The position numbers were made by a program, and so were the translations under genes. Positions 7,201 through 8,082 of a stretch of DNA of 8,082 nt are shown here, piece after piece. Numbering within the stretch: the stretch's first letter is position 1; each line of letters opens with the position of its first letter. This DNA is from a virus (lineage: Duplodnaviria; Heunggongvirae; Uroviricota; Caudoviricetes): IMG/VR virus record IMGVR_UViG_2548876962_000007; one strand, written 5' to 3'. The notes under the pieces are model-generated. The model was given only the letters and a program-made list of their open reading frames with translations, was not told the DNA's origin and searched no databases.

Positions 7201-7444
7201 GCCTGAAGCTATCATGCCACTGACACGGGCAGCGGACGGCTCTCTTGGGGTCAGAGCCATTGGCAATGTGAATGGTGGCGGGGGATTTGTTTATTCTCCC
7301 GTGTATCACATCAGTATTCAGAATAAAGGGAGCAATGGCGAGATAGATACGCAGTCAGCCAGGGGGCTGGTGGAACTGATCGACAGCAGGGTTGTGTCAA
7401 TTATGCAGTCATCACGTCGGGACGGAGGATTATGCAGTGCCTGA
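4232..7444 (+). CDS. Tail tape measure protein (lambda gpH-like C-terminal region)
   Basis: 1070-aa uninterrupted ORF directly after the chaperone pair. It has an Ala/Gln/Arg/Glu-rich, coiled-coil-like central region and two hydrophobic segments (about 5080-5170 and 5450-5530). The C-terminal region (...AIMPLTRAADGSLGVRAIGNVNGGGGF...) resembles the C-terminal part of lambda gpH as I recall it. Confidence 0.92.
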   Translation: MATLRELIIKISANSRSFQSEISRASRLGQDYYRTMQNGGRQSAAASREMRRALAEVTDQINTAKSSALNMAGAFAGAFATGHLISLADEWNSVNARLKQASQSSDDFQASQRELMAISQRTGTAFSDNASLFARSAASMREYGYSSEEVLKVTEAISTGLKLSGASTAEASSVITQFSQALAQGVLRGEEFNSVNENGDRVIRALAAGMGVARKDLKAMADNGKLTADKVVPALISQLGALRDEYAAMPDTVSSSATKVENAFMAWVGGANEASGVTKTLSGVLNGIAGNIDTVATAAGALVAVGVARYFGNMASSAGSATAGLITAARNEVALAEAQLRGTQIATARARAAVYRAQQAVAAARGTERQAAAESKLAAAQASLTRNIAARTAAQTTLNTVTSVGSRLLSGALGLVGGVPGLVMLGAAARYTMYQNQEQARESARQYAATIDEIRQKTSAMSLPEAADNEEKTRQALEEQNRLIGEQEGKIRGLKNQIADYQRWLDESPQSGSGAEIILKGLAEATNQLAVEQSRLTQMQGKAQSIQDVLAGLEERRVALIRQQAAEQNKAYQSLLIMNGQHTEFNRLLGLGNELLQQRQGLVNVPLRLPQATLDDKQQTALNNSERELALSRLKGEARERARLGYAADDLGFVGEAYQTARQNYINNSLDAWRNNQANKPKAHKKTEAEKTEDIYKRLIKQQKEQIALAGQNTELAKMKYQVSQGELSTLSEAQKKTLLQNAALIDQKKIREQLAAYESSLADSNASARASDDAQLLGYGEGSRMRERLQEMWSIRHEFEQKNNELLRQYQAGEIEEALWKQEKSLNEKYLEERLSDQQDYYAKADALRSDWNAGLQEGLTNWADSATDYASQAADAVVSTMDGLVSNISDALAGNVVDWRNWGSSILQEVSKILMNAAIVNGLKSLSKSMSGAGGWLGTVGDWLSGAVANAKGGVYTSANLSAYSNTIVDTPTYFAFAKGAGLMGEAGPEAIMPLTRAADGSLGVRAIGNVNGGGGFVYSPVYHISIQNKGSNGEIDTQSARGLVELIDSRVVSIMQSSRRDGGLCSA

Positions 7445-7778
7445 GTCTGAAGTTTTTAACTGGATCCCCCGCGAGGGGATGGAGACGACACGAAAGCCAT
7501 CTGTTATTACGGTAAAGTTCGGTGACGGATATGAACAGCGACGGGCTGGTGGTCTGAATGCAGAACTGAAAACGTTTAAACCGGTATTTCGTGTCACAGA
7601 TGAATATTCCCGTGCCGCGCTGGACAGTTTTTTATCCCGTCATGCCGGGATTCGTGCTTTTTTGTGGCGTCCGCCAAAACACAACAGGACTGTCCGGGTT
7701 GTCTGCAGGGAGTGGAGCATTTCGGATAATGCCATGTATACCGATTTTAACTGTACCTTTGAAGAGGTCACTCACTGA
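7437..7778 (+). CDS. Minor tail protein, lambda gpM-like
   Basis: The translation contains ...VKFGDGYEQRRAGGLNAELKTF...FLWRPP..., clearly paralleling lambda gpM (...VRFGDGYSQRAPAGLNANLKTY...FLWTPP...) as I recall it. The most plausible start is GTG 7437 with GGAGG (7424-7428) 8 nt upstream, overlapping the tape measure stop by 8 nt. The track's start at 7392 is a TTG with no RBS. Confidence 0.8.
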   Translation: MPESEVFNWIPREGMETTRKPSVITVKFGDGYEQRRAGGLNAELKTFKPVFRVTDEYSRAALDSFLSRHAGIRAFLWRPPKHNRTVRVVCREWSISDNAMYTDFNCTFEEVTH

Positions 7779-8082
7779 TGCAGGATATACAGCAGGAAAC
7801 ACTCAATGAGTGCACTAAAACGGAGCAATCCGCGCTGGTCGTGCTCTGGGAAGTCGATCTGACGGAGGTCGGTGGCGAGCGTTATTTTTTTTGTAATGAG
7901 CAGAACGAAAAAGGTGAGCCGGTCATCTGGCAGGGGCGGCAGTATCAGGCGTACCCCATTCAGGGAAGCGGCTTTGAGATGAACGGCAAAGGAGCCAGTG
8001 CAAGACCAACGCTGAAAGTCTCTAATCTGCACGGCATGGTCACCGGGATGGCGGAAGACCTGCAGAGTCTGGTCGGCGGAAC
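7778..8082 (+). CDS. Minor tail protein, lambda gpL-like, N-terminal portion (continues beyond the window)
   Basis: Not in the supplied ORF track. ATG 7778 overlaps the upstream TGA (TGATG), and the frame is open for 101 codons to the window edge. The translation MQDIQQETLNECTKTEQSALVVLWEVDLTEVGGERYFFCNEQNEKGEPVIWQGRQYQAYPIQGSGFEMNGKG... is nearly identical to the N-terminus of lambda gpL as I remember it. Confidence 0.9.
   Translation, partial: MQDIQQETLNECTKTEQSALVVLWEVDLTEVGGERYFFCNEQNEKGEPVIWQGRQYQAYPIQGSGFEMNGKGASARPTLKVSNLHGMVTGMAEDLQSLVGG

Noticed and set aside
4289-7309. Other short ORFs within the tape measure span on either strand (4289-4480 -, 4942-5211 -, 5293-5526 -, 5460-5681 +, 5724-5912 +, 6147-6329 +, 6456-6656 +, 6841-7026 -, 7010-7309 -)
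   Set aside because: All are nested in or antisense to the 1070-aa tape measure ORF, with no independent translation signals; they are alternative-frame artefacts.
7591-7809. 72-aa plus-strand ORF overlapping the M-like and L-like genes in another frame
   Set aside because: It is out of frame with two genes that each show clear lambda homology; there is no RBS.
7772-8032. 86-aa minus-strand ORF at the 3' end of the window
   Set aside because: The plus strand across the same region encodes a near-perfect lambda gpL-like N-terminus, so the minus-strand ORF is an antisense artefact.
1-8082. Searched for CRISPR repeats, tRNA or rRNA genes, IS element inverted repeats, and integrase or attachment sites
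   Set aside because: No regularly spaced direct repeats, no tRNA-like cloverleaf candidates, no transposase-like ORFs and no integrase were evident; the window is internal to the structural module.

Overview
This window reads as the late structural (head-to-tail) module of a lambdoid, Enterobacteriaceae-type phage or prophage, with every gene on the + strand. The order is: 3' end of an HK97-type major capsid gene, a small unknown ORF, head-tail connector, head closure protein, HK97 gp10-family neck protein, DUF3168-like tail completion protein, a gpV-like major tail tube protein with a C-terminal Ig-like domain, a G/GT-type tail assembly chaperone pair joined by a -1 frameshift site (A AAA AAG), a 1070-aa tape measure protein, a lambda gpM-like protein, and the 5' part of a lambda gpL-like protein that runs off the window and is absent from the ORF track. 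Several gene junctions overlap by 1-8 nt, consistent with translational coupling. The most interesting feature is an AT-rich cassette (about 3783-4230) inserted between the chaperone genes and the tape measure gene. It encodes a roughly 113-aa predicted lipoprotein with its own strong RBS and its own terminator, which is the classic signature of a phage moron; its function is unknown to me and it is the best candidate for something novel here. No rRNA, tRNA, CRISPR array, IS element or integrase is visible. All family assignments are from reading the translations and from memory of the families, not from database searches.
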